Positions 27,410-36,659 of a DNA stretch of 64,000 nucleotides are shown piece by piece; within the stretch, counting starts at the first letter, position 1; every line of letters begins with the position of its first letter. The DNA lies in contig OZ243938.1 of NCBI GenBank assembly GCA_965214095.1, forward strand, positions 1,984,001 to 2,048,000, read 5' to 3'. A program made the translations under genes and the position numbers. The DNA is from Candidatus Poribacteria bacterium (GTDB lineage Bacteria > Poribacteria > WGA-4E > WGA-3G). The notes beneath the pieces are model-generated. The model had not been told where the DNA came from. It saw only the letters and a program-made list of their open reading frames with translations, and ran no database searches.

Positions 27410-27463
27410 GTTGCCATTATTCCTGTTTGTACCAAATCTAGAATGATTTTCACTTTTTTATTT

Positions 27464-27748
27464 GAATGTAAGAGGCGCAATGAATTGCGCGACTACGAAC
27501 CAACTATTTCTTTATTGGTATATTCTCTATTATACCATTTCTATAAATGTTTATCCCATTATAGTAGATTTTGAAATTACTTGAACACTCTGCATAGACG
27601 AGGTTAGGAAACCTCGCCTACCGTGGGGCGAAAGTGTCAACCTATATTTATAATTCACTATCACATTTATTAAGAATGTCTTGAACGACTGCACAAACTG
27701 GCAGTTTGTGCTACAAAAATGCGGTGTTTTCAATTAGAAATGGTATTA
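27464..27748. repeat. nested repeat cluster C + A(B)
   Basis: Family B (27560-27661) inserted into family A (27531-27748), next to family C. Confidence 0.8.
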
Positions 27749-30700
27749 GATGTAGTAGTACATTTGACCACGACAAGTGTTAAATCATCATATTGTTCTG
27801 CATCTTCAACAAATGCTTGTACATCATCAACGATGTGTTGAACGACTTCTTCAGCAGTAGAAGCGTTTGGAATTTTGGAAGTTAGGTTTATTAGCCGTTC
27901 AGTTCCGTACATTTCCTCGTTTGAGTTTAGTGCCTCAATCAAGCCATCCGAATGGATGATAAGAATATCGCCATCTTCAAAATCATAAGTAACAGATTCA
28001 TACTCTACTTTTTTCATACTTCCGAGCGGTAAATCACTGTTTGTGAGTTCAATTATCTCTGTGCCTCTTTTGAGGATGGGATAAGGCTGTCCTCCGTTTG
28101 CGTAGTCAATGGATGTCCCGTTTTCGTCAAGGATTGCCAAGTTGAGTGCGATAAAGTTGTGTCCATACATTCGTGGTGCTAAACCGATATTTAGGTCGCG
28201 TAGGATGACATTTGCGTCAGACTTGATGTGTGCGATTTCATTTAACATTCCATTTGTAAGCACAGCATTCATTGCTCCTCTGATACCTTTGCCAGCTGCA
28301 TCAGCTACAGCGATAGCAGTCCGTCCATTTGCGACAGTCAGGTAATCGAAAAAGTCGCCACCGACCTGTGTAGCGGGAATTGATTTACCTGCGATGTCAT
28401 AAGATTGTGTTTGTGGTGGTTCGGTTGGAAGCAGTGCCATTTGTATGTTTTGTGCTTCGTTTAACTCGTCACGGATGCGTTGGATTTCTGTCTCTTCTTT
28501 CTGTCTCATTTCCTGCTGTAGTTGTGCTGTGTGCCTTCGGTTGACAATCAGTCTAAATAGAAGATAACTTACGACGACAAAGACAATGAGAGAAGGTAGA
28601 TATGTTCGCCATCGTGTCCAGAGGGGTTTATCTATAGTGAAATTCAGAACGGAGGGTTGTTGTGTATAGTGCCAACCTTCACGATATGCTTTGATTAGAA
28701 AGGTGTAATTTCCTGGTTTCAAACCTTGATAGCGGATTCGAGGAAAATCCTGTGATGTTCCAATTGTTTGTGGTAGAAAGTATTGGTGAATTCCACTATT
28801 AAACGTTGTTATATGATCTTGCGGATTGTTAGGATATACGGTTGTCCATGCGTTGTTGTCTATTCCGATTAATTTAAATTTGTATGCAACATCACCACCC
28901 AGTGGATTTATGCCTTGAAATTGGATCGTCAGATATTTGTTTCGGGCAGGTATTAATTCTGTTATATCAGTCATGGTGTGTTTCGCAGATTCCGTGCGTA
29001 AAGTGTCTGTAGTGGCTTTTCCAGTATTGACAGATATGATACGACAGAATGGCAGTGCACCTCGGCTTACCCGATATTGTGTTGCACCACCTTCGGTTCC
29101 AAACCATAGGTCTTCTTGGTCTGATACATGGATACTTGACACATTGTTATGAATGAGACCATCTTTTGTGGTAATAGATTCAAACGTGTCCCCATTGTAA
29201 CGTAATAAACCACCACCCCATGTTGCGAACCATATATTGCCCCACTTATCTTCCTTGACATCACGCAAATCATCAACGATGAAACCGTCTGCTTTTGTGT
29301 AAGAGGTAGTTTCTTTGCGGTTATATCGGATTGCTCCGTGTGTGGTAGCTAACCAAATATCACCATCAGATGCGACAAGTGCGTTGGTGACCTTATCTAT
29401 TTCAACGGATGCTTCATGTATCAATTCAGTGCCTTGATACGTCTTGATGCTGTTCTTGAAAACAATAGTTGCTAATTCATTGTTTGTGTTTCCTGTGCTG
29501 GTGTTCTGCTCTGATTCTGGGAAAACAGGTGAAGTGTGGACAACTAATAGCGGTGGATTTCCAGATGTACTGGATATTTCAAGTAGCGCGTTTTTCCAAT
29601 AAATTAAGCTATCCTTTTTAGTGTTGTAAAACCATTTTGTGGACTTGTTTTCAGGCACAACAGGTATAGGGATAATTGAATTTAGTGTTAGTTTTTCCTC
29701 TTGTATTTTTCCAACTGGCTGATTGTTTCCACTACGGATATGTGTATACCTTTTTACTTCGCCTGTATCTAAATGACACCATAATTGGTTTTGACTGTCT
29801 GTATGGAGTGCTATTATATTATCAGGAGACGGGGGTAGGTTTTCGATTGTATCAAAGGCTATTCTTCCTGTGTTGTTGTCCTGTAATATGCGATATAATC
29901 CGTTTTCTGTCGGTAGGAAAAGCCATCCACTCAATGCGAACCATGGATCAGTGTTTGAAGATACGATCAGTTTTGGATCGCTGAATATCGGTTCTGCATT
30001 TTGTCCGATTTTAGCACGGATTTGTATTGAAAGTTTGTGAAATACTCCGTTTGTATAGCGGAAGATTCGGTGGTGTGTAAATCCGTCTTGATGTTGAATT
30101 GGTTTATCCATAAACCATAGGTCTCCACCTATCTCAAAGATCTCAACTATCTCTGTAGGTCTATCAACTTTTAGGTTTCCATTCTGTTCCAACGTTAGAT
30201 TTGGTAATGGGTATTTATAGAGTTCATCATCTTGTGGGACGTATCGTGCGACACCACCGGGAATGCTAAGCCATAGGGTTGCCATGCTGTCAGGGAACAT
30301 CAGTTTAATGCTACTGCTTCCTAATATAGAACGTGTGCCGTAATGTACGATTGCGGGTTGCGGTTGTAGTGCGGTGACTCCGTTGTCATGACCGAACCAT
30401 ATTGTGCCATCTATTGCTTCAAAGATAGTGAGGATGTTATCACTTCCGAGTCCATCGTTGACTTGGAAGACTTTGTGTGTGAGTTCTGTGGTGCCTGTAA
30501 GTGTAGATTTCAACTGGGAATTACTTATGCTCTCTTCTCTGTTATCGTTGTTTTCGTAGAGGTGGACACCTGTTTCAGTTGCAAACCAAAGTCTTCCACG
30601 TGCATCTTCAATTCCATAAGTGCCTTGTAGGTAGATTTCTTGGTTTGCTTCCACACTTAATGTTCCGAGTCTGTGGAGATTATTGCCATCACACCATCGC

Positions 30701-31587
30701 AATTGTTTGTTATCGCTATACCAGATTCTTCCTTGCGTATCGCTTTTTACAGAAACGGAGTCTCTGTTTAGAATAATCGGATTTTGAAATGTGCCGTTTT
30801 GTGAGGGGGTTTTTATGGATGAATCTATAAACTGTTCAAACTGTGAACCATCATATCGCAGTAAGAGTGATTTTCCACCGAACCAGAGGTAATCCTGCGT
30901 ATCTTGTGCAATAGACTGGATTGAGCGAAATTGAGGAAGGTTTGGCAGGTTATTGAAACGGCTTAGGTTGGCTGCTTGTCCGGCATTGATGTTTCCTTGA
31001 AGACGGAGAATAAGCACGTCTTGTGCATCGGATCCACCTATCCAAATTGTCTCGTCTCTACTTTGGAAAATGACATTTATTTTTGTCTCTGATCCACTGC
31101 CGACATTGAGTTGGAGTGCCTTCGGTATTTCTTGGTTATTTGTTGCTGTGTATCGCGTTAATATATTCTTGTTGCCGACCCAGATATCTCCGGCTATATC
31201 AGCGATAAGGCAGTTTCCATCAGAAAGGTATTCAAATGTGTTGCCGTTGTATCTGATGATAACTCCTGTGTCTTGCGATGGCTTTTTGTTTAGGAACCAT
31301 ATATGTCCCCACTTATCTTCAACGATGTTTTGTGTTCTGCCGTAGAAGTTCTCTGATATTGCTCCGTAGGCAGTTATGGTTTTTCCATCAAACCGACTTA
31401 CGCCTCCCTGTTCTGAACCGAACCATAGCATTCCTCGGCTATCTTGGAATATTACGGGAACAACTGCATCTAATAGTCCATCTGCTATGGTGTAGGTCTT
31501 TACCTGCTGAAATGCAATGGCATTTTGACTTAGGGTATAAGTGAAGATGAGGATTATGATGAAATAGTGCTTTCTATGGTTGTTCAC
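27730..31587 (-). CDS. sensor phosphatase: two-component-regulator beta-propeller + Y_Y_Y + SpoIIE/PP2C domain
   Basis: Repeated DxxGxIWF / DGL propeller motifs; TM helix; VGGDFFD, DAAGKG, SDGLIEA, DDLTL. Confidence 0.92.
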   Translation of the reverse strand: MNNHRKHYFIIILIFTYTLSQNAIAFQQVKTYTIADGLLDAVVPVIFQDSRGMLWFGSEQGGVSRFDGKTITAYGAISENFYGRTQNIVEDKWGHIWFLNKKPSQDTGVIIRYNGNTFEYLSDGNCLIADIAGDIWVGNKNILTRYTATNNQEIPKALQLNVGSGSETKINVIFQSRDETIWIGGSDAQDVLILRLQGNINAGQAANLSRFNNLPNLPQFRSIQSIAQDTQDYLWFGGKSLLLRYDGSQFEQFIDSSIKTPSQNGTFQNPIILNRDSVSVKSDTQGRIWYSDNKQLRWCDGNNLHRLGTLSVEANQEIYLQGTYGIEDARGRLWFATETGVHLYENNDNREESISNSQLKSTLTGTTELTHKVFQVNDGLGSDNILTIFEAIDGTIWFGHDNGVTALQPQPAIVHYGTRSILGSSSIKLMFPDSMATLWLSIPGGVARYVPQDDELYKYPLPNLTLEQNGNLKVDRPTEIVEIFEIGGDLWFMDKPIQHQDGFTHHRIFRYTNGVFHKLSIQIRAKIGQNAEPIFSDPKLIVSSNTDPWFALSGWLFLPTENGLYRILQDNNTGRIAFDTIENLPPSPDNIIALHTDSQNQLWCHLDTGEVKRYTHIRSGNNQPVGKIQEEKLTLNSIIPIPVVPENKSTKWFYNTKKDSLIYWKNALLEISSTSGNPPLLVVHTSPVFPESEQNTSTGNTNNELATIVFKNSIKTYQGTELIHEASVEIDKVTNALVASDGDIWLATTHGAIRYNRKETTSYTKADGFIVDDLRDVKEDKWGNIWFATWGGGLLRYNGDTFESITTKDGLIHNNVSSIHVSDQEDLWFGTEGGATQYRVSRGALPFCRIISVNTGKATTDTLRTESAKHTMTDITELIPARNKYLTIQFQGINPLGGDVAYKFKLIGIDNNAWTTVYPNNPQDHITTFNSGIHQYFLPQTIGTSQDFPRIRYQGLKPGNYTFLIKAYREGWHYTQQPSVLNFTIDKPLWTRWRTYLPSLIVFVVVSYLLFRLIVNRRHTAQLQQEMRQKEETEIQRIRDELNEAQNIQMALLPTEPPQTQSYDIAGKSIPATQVGGDFFDYLTVANGRTAIAVADAAGKGIRGAMNAVLTNGMLNEIAHIKSDANVILRDLNIGLAPRMYGHNFIALNLAILDENGTSIDYANGGQPYPILKRGTEIIELTNSDLPLGSMKKVEYESVTYDFEDGDILIIHSDGLIEALNSNEEMYGTERLINLTSKIPNASTAEEVVQHIVDDVQAFVEDAEQYDDLTLVVVKCTTTSNTISN

Positions 31588-31913
31588 AATAGATTAGTTT
31601 TGATGTATATGGTTGTTATAATGTTTGATATTATACAACGGTGTGCGGTTAATGACAATAATCTAATGGTTTGTTTTTGAATCTTGGGTTTTCGCGGGTG
31701 ACGCGACATGTTTTTTGTCTGAACCAGGATTTGCAGGGTTTGTAGATTTCCAGGATAATGTCCGAGGCGCAATGAATTGCACGACTACGAACCGCGGAAT
31801 TTGGGTTGGTTGTTTTTTGGTTTTTGGTTAATATTTTGTCTTTCTATTCTACGTCAATTTTCTTGGATTTTTCTCGTTTTATATCGGGTGTTCTGTGTTT
31901 CATTGTATTTTGC

Positions 31914-33372
31914 GGGTGTGTAAAGTTTTTGGCATGAACATCATGCTGCTTTTGTGTTTGGATACCAATATCTGTCCCAAGCCTTATTCTTTGACAAACA
32001 TCTCCACTTTAGCACAACATTGATGCCCCGTTTTTCCCATCTCATAGCTGCTTGTTTACACCTTTCTCCGACAACATGTTTACACGCACTTTCAATCACA
32101 CCGCTTCCAATCATATACCCTTTTTCTCTAAACGCTTTATACTGCATGCGGTTGGCATGTTTTTCAAAATATCTTGCTTCTCTTTCTAAACTCTCTGACA
32201 CCTCTGGGTGCTGTGTGGCTAAGGCACGAATACTTGAGGCAACTTCTGCGATGTTCCCATCATGCAGAAAACATTCTGTTTCTTTTGTCCACGCTTCAAA
32301 CAACTCCGTTTCTGTCTCTTCAAACACAAGTTTCGCAACATCATACAGATGAGACACGGCGTGTGGATAATCCACAATCTGAACAGCATTAGGAAAGTAT
32401 TCTTTACAAAGGTTCCAAATCCATGCAGCACCATCTCCGATAAATACAATCACTTGTGTATTTATATCTTTTTGATAGATGCCACTTTTTAGTGCTAACG
32501 CATACAACTTCTTACCAAAAGCGGCGGCATTTTGACGACCCGCAACATACCGAATACTTTCTGTTCTCACACTCGGGGTCCCACCCGAAACAGGTTGTGG
32601 ATAATCTCTGTAAATACACCCCACTTTCACCTCTTTCCACCCATCCGGAGAGTTCGTGTGGCACCCATCGCAACTCACATACCAACGCTGATTTTCCTTA
32701 AGTTCTTGAGCCTCTACTTGTTCACATACATCCAAATCTTCTGCCAACTTACACACACTTTGATGAAGTGTCGTGTGACTCACTTCTATACCTTGATGAG
32801 ACAACTCCTCTGATGCTTCCCTATAGTCAAGCCGCGCAGACAAACGACACATCGCTTCAGCGACACGATGCGTGTATTGATCCGATAACTTCTGTTTGAC
32901 TTCCCACGGGGCATGCCTATGTCCGTGTTCACAACAATACACCCAACGCCTTATATTTATTTTGCCACAAAGAGTTGTTAGATGTTTCGCACGCTTGCGT
33001 AATGGACGGCAAGGTGCTTTACACTCTGGACATTCAACAGGTTCACTCTCTTGCTTACTTGCCTTTTTAGAGACACACATTTCTAAAAACTTTTGTTCAA
33101 GAGAACGAAATGCTTCAAAAACACGAACTTCAACATCATCTAAAGATAAACTCTCGTTAACATTGATGTCTCCATAGAGATCGTTTACTTCTTTAACAAT
33201 CTTTCTAAAATCATCTTCGTAATCGTTGCTTTCATGAACACTTAATGATATACTTGACATTGGTATCCTCTCCTAAACTTGTGATTTATTTATTAGGTTA
33301 GGATACCATGTGTATACATGCAAAGCAAGAACTCCATTCAAGGCAATTTCATGCCAAAAACTTTACACACCC
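31914..33372 (-). mobile_element. ISLre2/ISKra4-type IS, copy 2, 1459 bp
   Basis: Same 25-bp TIR; TSD GTATTTTGC at 31905-31913 and 33373-33381. Confidence 0.95.
31941..33260 (-). CDS. ISLre2/ISKra4-type DDE transposase (same protein as 10831-12150)
   Basis: Identical 439-aa translation. Confidence 0.92.
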   Translation of the reverse strand: MSSISLSVHESNDYEDDFRKIVKEVNDLYGDINVNESLSLDDVEVRVFEAFRSLEQKFLEMCVSKKASKQESEPVECPECKAPCRPLRKRAKHLTTLCGKINIRRWVYCCEHGHRHAPWEVKQKLSDQYTHRVAEAMCRLSARLDYREASEELSHQGIEVSHTTLHQSVCKLAEDLDVCEQVEAQELKENQRWYVSCDGCHTNSPDGWKEVKVGCIYRDYPQPVSGGTPSVRTESIRYVAGRQNAAAFGKKLYALALKSGIYQKDINTQVIVFIGDGAAWIWNLCKEYFPNAVQIVDYPHAVSHLYDVAKLVFEETETELFEAWTKETECFLHDGNIAEVASSIRALATQHPEVSESLEREARYFEKHANRMQYKAFREKGYMIGSGVIESACKHVVGERCKQAAMRWEKRGINVVLKWRCLSKNKAWDRYWYPNTKAA

Positions 33373-33600
33373 GTATTTTGCTCCTGTTTTTGTGATTTTA
33401 TTGCTATTATTATAACTGGTTGGAAGTGGGGTGTGAATGGAATTTTGGGATTGAGGAGAATGGATTCACAATAGATTTCGCGTGGGAATTATTTGAATTG
33501 CGGGTTGGTTTGAGAATCGCGGATTATGTAGATTGAAGATATGTAACTTCATGCAATCCGAGAAGTAGGAATTATTTTATTTTCAGCCATACAGACATAC

Positions 33601-34911
33601 CTACGGAGGTGTCAGCATTACTGCGATGTCATCTGGTAGTTTTACATTAAGTTTCTGTTCAAAATCTTCAATGTTTGAATATGACTCTTGAAACAAAGTT
33701 ATGATATTTTCACCCATGTTTCTAATGTCTGTCATGTCTACTTTGGCTTTTTCCCACTCATGCGAATGTAATAGTGCCATAATGCGACTCTTATAGTACA
33801 GAACGTTTTCTGGTTTGAGTTGAATGGCTTGATCATAGTTCTCGGTTGCACGAGTAAAATCACCTTTTTTATAGTAAGCATAACCGAGATTGTGATAAGC
33901 ATCAGCAAAATTACTATTATACTTTAAAGCAAGGGTATAATCTTCTATAGCACGGTCCTCCTCGCCTTTTTCATCGTAAGCAACACCACGACTGAAATGG
34001 GCTACAGAAACTGTGGAAGTGTCTGCAGGTTCCGATTGTATGAATTCAGTATAGTATTCAATAGCAATGTCCCAATTTCCACTTTGATGTGCTTCAGTGC
34101 CGCGTTGTAAATAGTAATGCACATCAGGTTCACTATGTTTTTTATTGTGTGCATGTAAACGTGCGAATCCATCAAAATCAGGGTAAATACTACCTTCAGT
34201 GATACCAAATATTTGTTCCAAGAATATTAGGATCTCTTGTTTATAATCTTCCTCAATAACACATTCAGCTTCTGCTTCAATTTGAGCACCGCTAAATACA
34301 AAGATGGACTGTTGTGCGATAATACGGTTATTTTGAAGTTTAGGTGACCATTGATACTGCAAATATCTACCGTTTTCATCCGGTTGAAGAAAATAATAAA
34401 TATCTTTTTCCATCAACTTAGGATTAACTGTTTTCAAGCGAACCGTATCATCACAATTAATAGCAAATACTTTCCCATTTGTTTTCCCGTTTGCTTTTCT
34501 ATCTGAGCTTGTCTGGCATGCAAACCAAAGCGCAACCAGTGAATTACGCGAAAAATCTATCAGACATGTAGCTGCACCGAAGTGCTGAAGTTCCGCAAGC
34601 AGTTCCAGATCAGTTAGCTGCCTACCATTTCTTTGATCATGCCCCAAACCCCGTGCTTTATCTATCAATTCTTGGTTTATTTTCAGTAACTTACTCGGAT
34701 TATTTTGGTCCGCATCAGGTAAACGACGACAAGCAGACGCTTCAATCCCGTATGTTTCTTTCGTAACACCACGAAAAAGATATTGACCATTCTTAAATCG
34801 TTCTGCCCATTTTATAAACTCGTTTAAAGTTTTAACAATATCGTTATTATTTTCCAAGATGATTATTTGTCCGCATTTAAGTATTCCTTGTGTTTCAAAG
34901 TATGATGTCAT
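33601..34911 (-). CDS. FRG domain + TPR repeat protein
   Basis: YLFRGV, LQHFGAATCLIDFS.N.LVALWFAC, NNRIIAQQSIF; three C-terminal TPRs. Confidence 0.88.
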   Translation of the reverse strand: MTSYFETQGILKCGQIIILENNNDIVKTLNEFIKWAERFKNGQYLFRGVTKETYGIEASACRRLPDADQNNPSKLLKINQELIDKARGLGHDQRNGRQLTDLELLAELQHFGAATCLIDFSRNSLVALWFACQTSSDRKANGKTNGKVFAINCDDTVRLKTVNPKLMEKDIYYFLQPDENGRYLQYQWSPKLQNNRIIAQQSIFVFSGAQIEAEAECVIEEDYKQEILIFLEQIFGITEGSIYPDFDGFARLHAHNKKHSEPDVHYYLQRGTEAHQSGNWDIAIEYYTEFIQSEPADTSTVSVAHFSRGVAYDEKGEEDRAIEDYTLALKYNSNFADAYHNLGYAYYKKGDFTRATENYDQAIQLKPENVLYYKSRIMALLHSHEWEKAKVDMTDIRNMGENIITLFQESYSNIEDFEQKLNVKLPDDIAVMLTPP

Positions 34912-36116
34912 TCAGAGAGTTGGCAGATGCCATTAACTTCAAATTCATGGGGTATGCCGTTCACACACCGTCTGTGTCGACGTCCTTTAAATGTTATTTC
35001 TACCTCATTAGAATTCAAAAGTTTCAAATCAAATTGAAGTATCTCCTCAACTGTGTTTGAAAGTTTCAAATAAAGAATAGACGTTAAACGGGCATATTTT
35101 TCAAATTGAGTTTGTTTTTTACCGAAAATGCGATATAAGGGTGGAATGGGTGAAGCAGAAATATGAAATCCGTTTGAAGTCCCACGAACAAACATTTCCA
35201 ACGTAGCTTCGTTGAATAACCCCACGGTGCCCGTTCGGGTCTGAAAATCTGCTGGGAGTTCACCCAATTCCTTATCAAGCAAAATCCGTTTCGCACGCTC
35301 TTCCGCAATCTTTTCTGGTGTAAAGGATCCAAAGGTCATCTCACCAAGTGGATCGCTATTTTGTCTCTGTCTTTCCTCCTTGAAAACGACTTTCCAAACG
35401 TTTTGGGAACCGGACGTGGTTTCTACAATTTCTTGAGGCTTTATCCAGGCGGCATCTTCTCTAAGCGCAAATGCGATATTAACATCTCTTGCAAACGCGT
35501 CATTGATATGTCTTCTCAAGGTACGGAGAAAAGCAGTTTCTTCGGACGATACTGGAAGCAGTTCAAGCGAAATCTCTGTTGTATCCCAATGTGGATTTTG
35601 AAATGGAATAAAATACAGTTTTTCATCTTCAGAAATTAACAGAACATATTCGTTTGTATCAACCTCAACACTGGGAGTCGTTTGATCTGTTTCATCGGTT
35701 TTTGGTGTTGTACCTGACAACTTCTCATCTAAGATTTCATAAACCTGTTTAATAGTCATTTCCCGTAGATCAAGGTAACCAATCGTCTGTGTAATTCCTG
35801 GGATCTCTGTATCGTCAAGACGAACGGGAAGGATATATTCACGGTTTTCCTTAAATGCTCTTACTTGAGCATGTTGACGTTCATGGTTTGTCCATAACTT
35901 TTGTTGGTAGTGCTTAGACAAAAACATCACACAATAGCGCGCATTGTCTTTATAAACTGATGACAAGTAATCATAAAGGTTTTTGCCCCAAAGATTTGGC
36001 AACTCATTCCCATCATAAAAGCACGAATAGCCATTCGTACCAAGAAGTTCTGCTAACTCTTCGGCATACTTTCTATCTTCTCCAGCAAATGATAATGCTA
36101 CATCATATTCTTCCAT
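34908..36116 (-). CDS. TIR domain protein with uncharacterised C-terminal domain
   Basis: YDVALSFAGEDR...FYD...LWGKNL...WTNHE (catalytic Glu position)...ILPVRLDDTEIPG. Confidence 0.9.
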   Translation of the reverse strand: MEEYDVALSFAGEDRKYAEELAELLGTNGYSCFYDGNELPNLWGKNLYDYLSSVYKDNARYCVMFLSKHYQQKLWTNHERQHAQVRAFKENREYILPVRLDDTEIPGITQTIGYLDLREMTIKQVYEILDEKLSGTTPKTDETDQTTPSVEVDTNEYVLLISEDEKLYFIPFQNPHWDTTEISLELLPVSSEETAFLRTLRRHINDAFARDVNIAFALREDAAWIKPQEIVETTSGSQNVWKVVFKEERQRQNSDPLGEMTFGSFTPEKIAEERAKRILLDKELGELPADFQTRTGTVGLFNEATLEMFVRGTSNGFHISASPIPPLYRIFGKKQTQFEKYARLTSILYLKLSNTVEEILQFDLKLLNSNEVEITFKGRRHRRCVNGIPHEFEVNGICQLSE

Positions 36117-36425
36117 CCTTAACACCTCTTAAATCCTTGCAAACTTCGTTTCCACACATTCTCCAATACAGACGCTTTATTGTTCTTTACTTCTACTCTG
36201 AGTCTCTCTAATATGTTTAAGCGTATCATAAATAAGGTCATTTGTCAATTTCAAATATAATAACAATATTCAATCTATAATAGGATTTATAGAATTTTCT
36301 CATTTGCAGTTTTTATCAAAATCTCGGATTTCTCCGATTACTCGGAGGGCACAGAAGAAGGGGGGTACGCATAGGATTAGACTGCATTGAGATATTACGA
36401 AATATGGATAAATGTTAGGCAAATA

Positions 36426-36520
36426 GTAGGCACACTCCGCCAATTGCCAAAAGCGTATTTGGTGTTGATTTGGTGTGCCGTAACCGTCCTTTAAGCATGG
36501 CACTCGGAGTGTGCCTACTA
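36426..36520. repeat. inverted GTAG-REP doublet (degenerate)
   Basis: GTAGGCACACTCCG ... GGCACTCGGAGTGTGCCTAC; related sequence at about 26553-26610. Confidence 0.55.
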
Positions 36521-36659
36521 CTTTTATAGTCAAATTTAGAAACAAATACACATAACTATGATTATACGTTTGTAGTGGTACAATTTGTGCTTCTTCTCTT
36601 TGAATGTAAGAGGCGCAATGAATTGCGCGACTACAAACCAGTTATTCCCTAAAGGTTTG

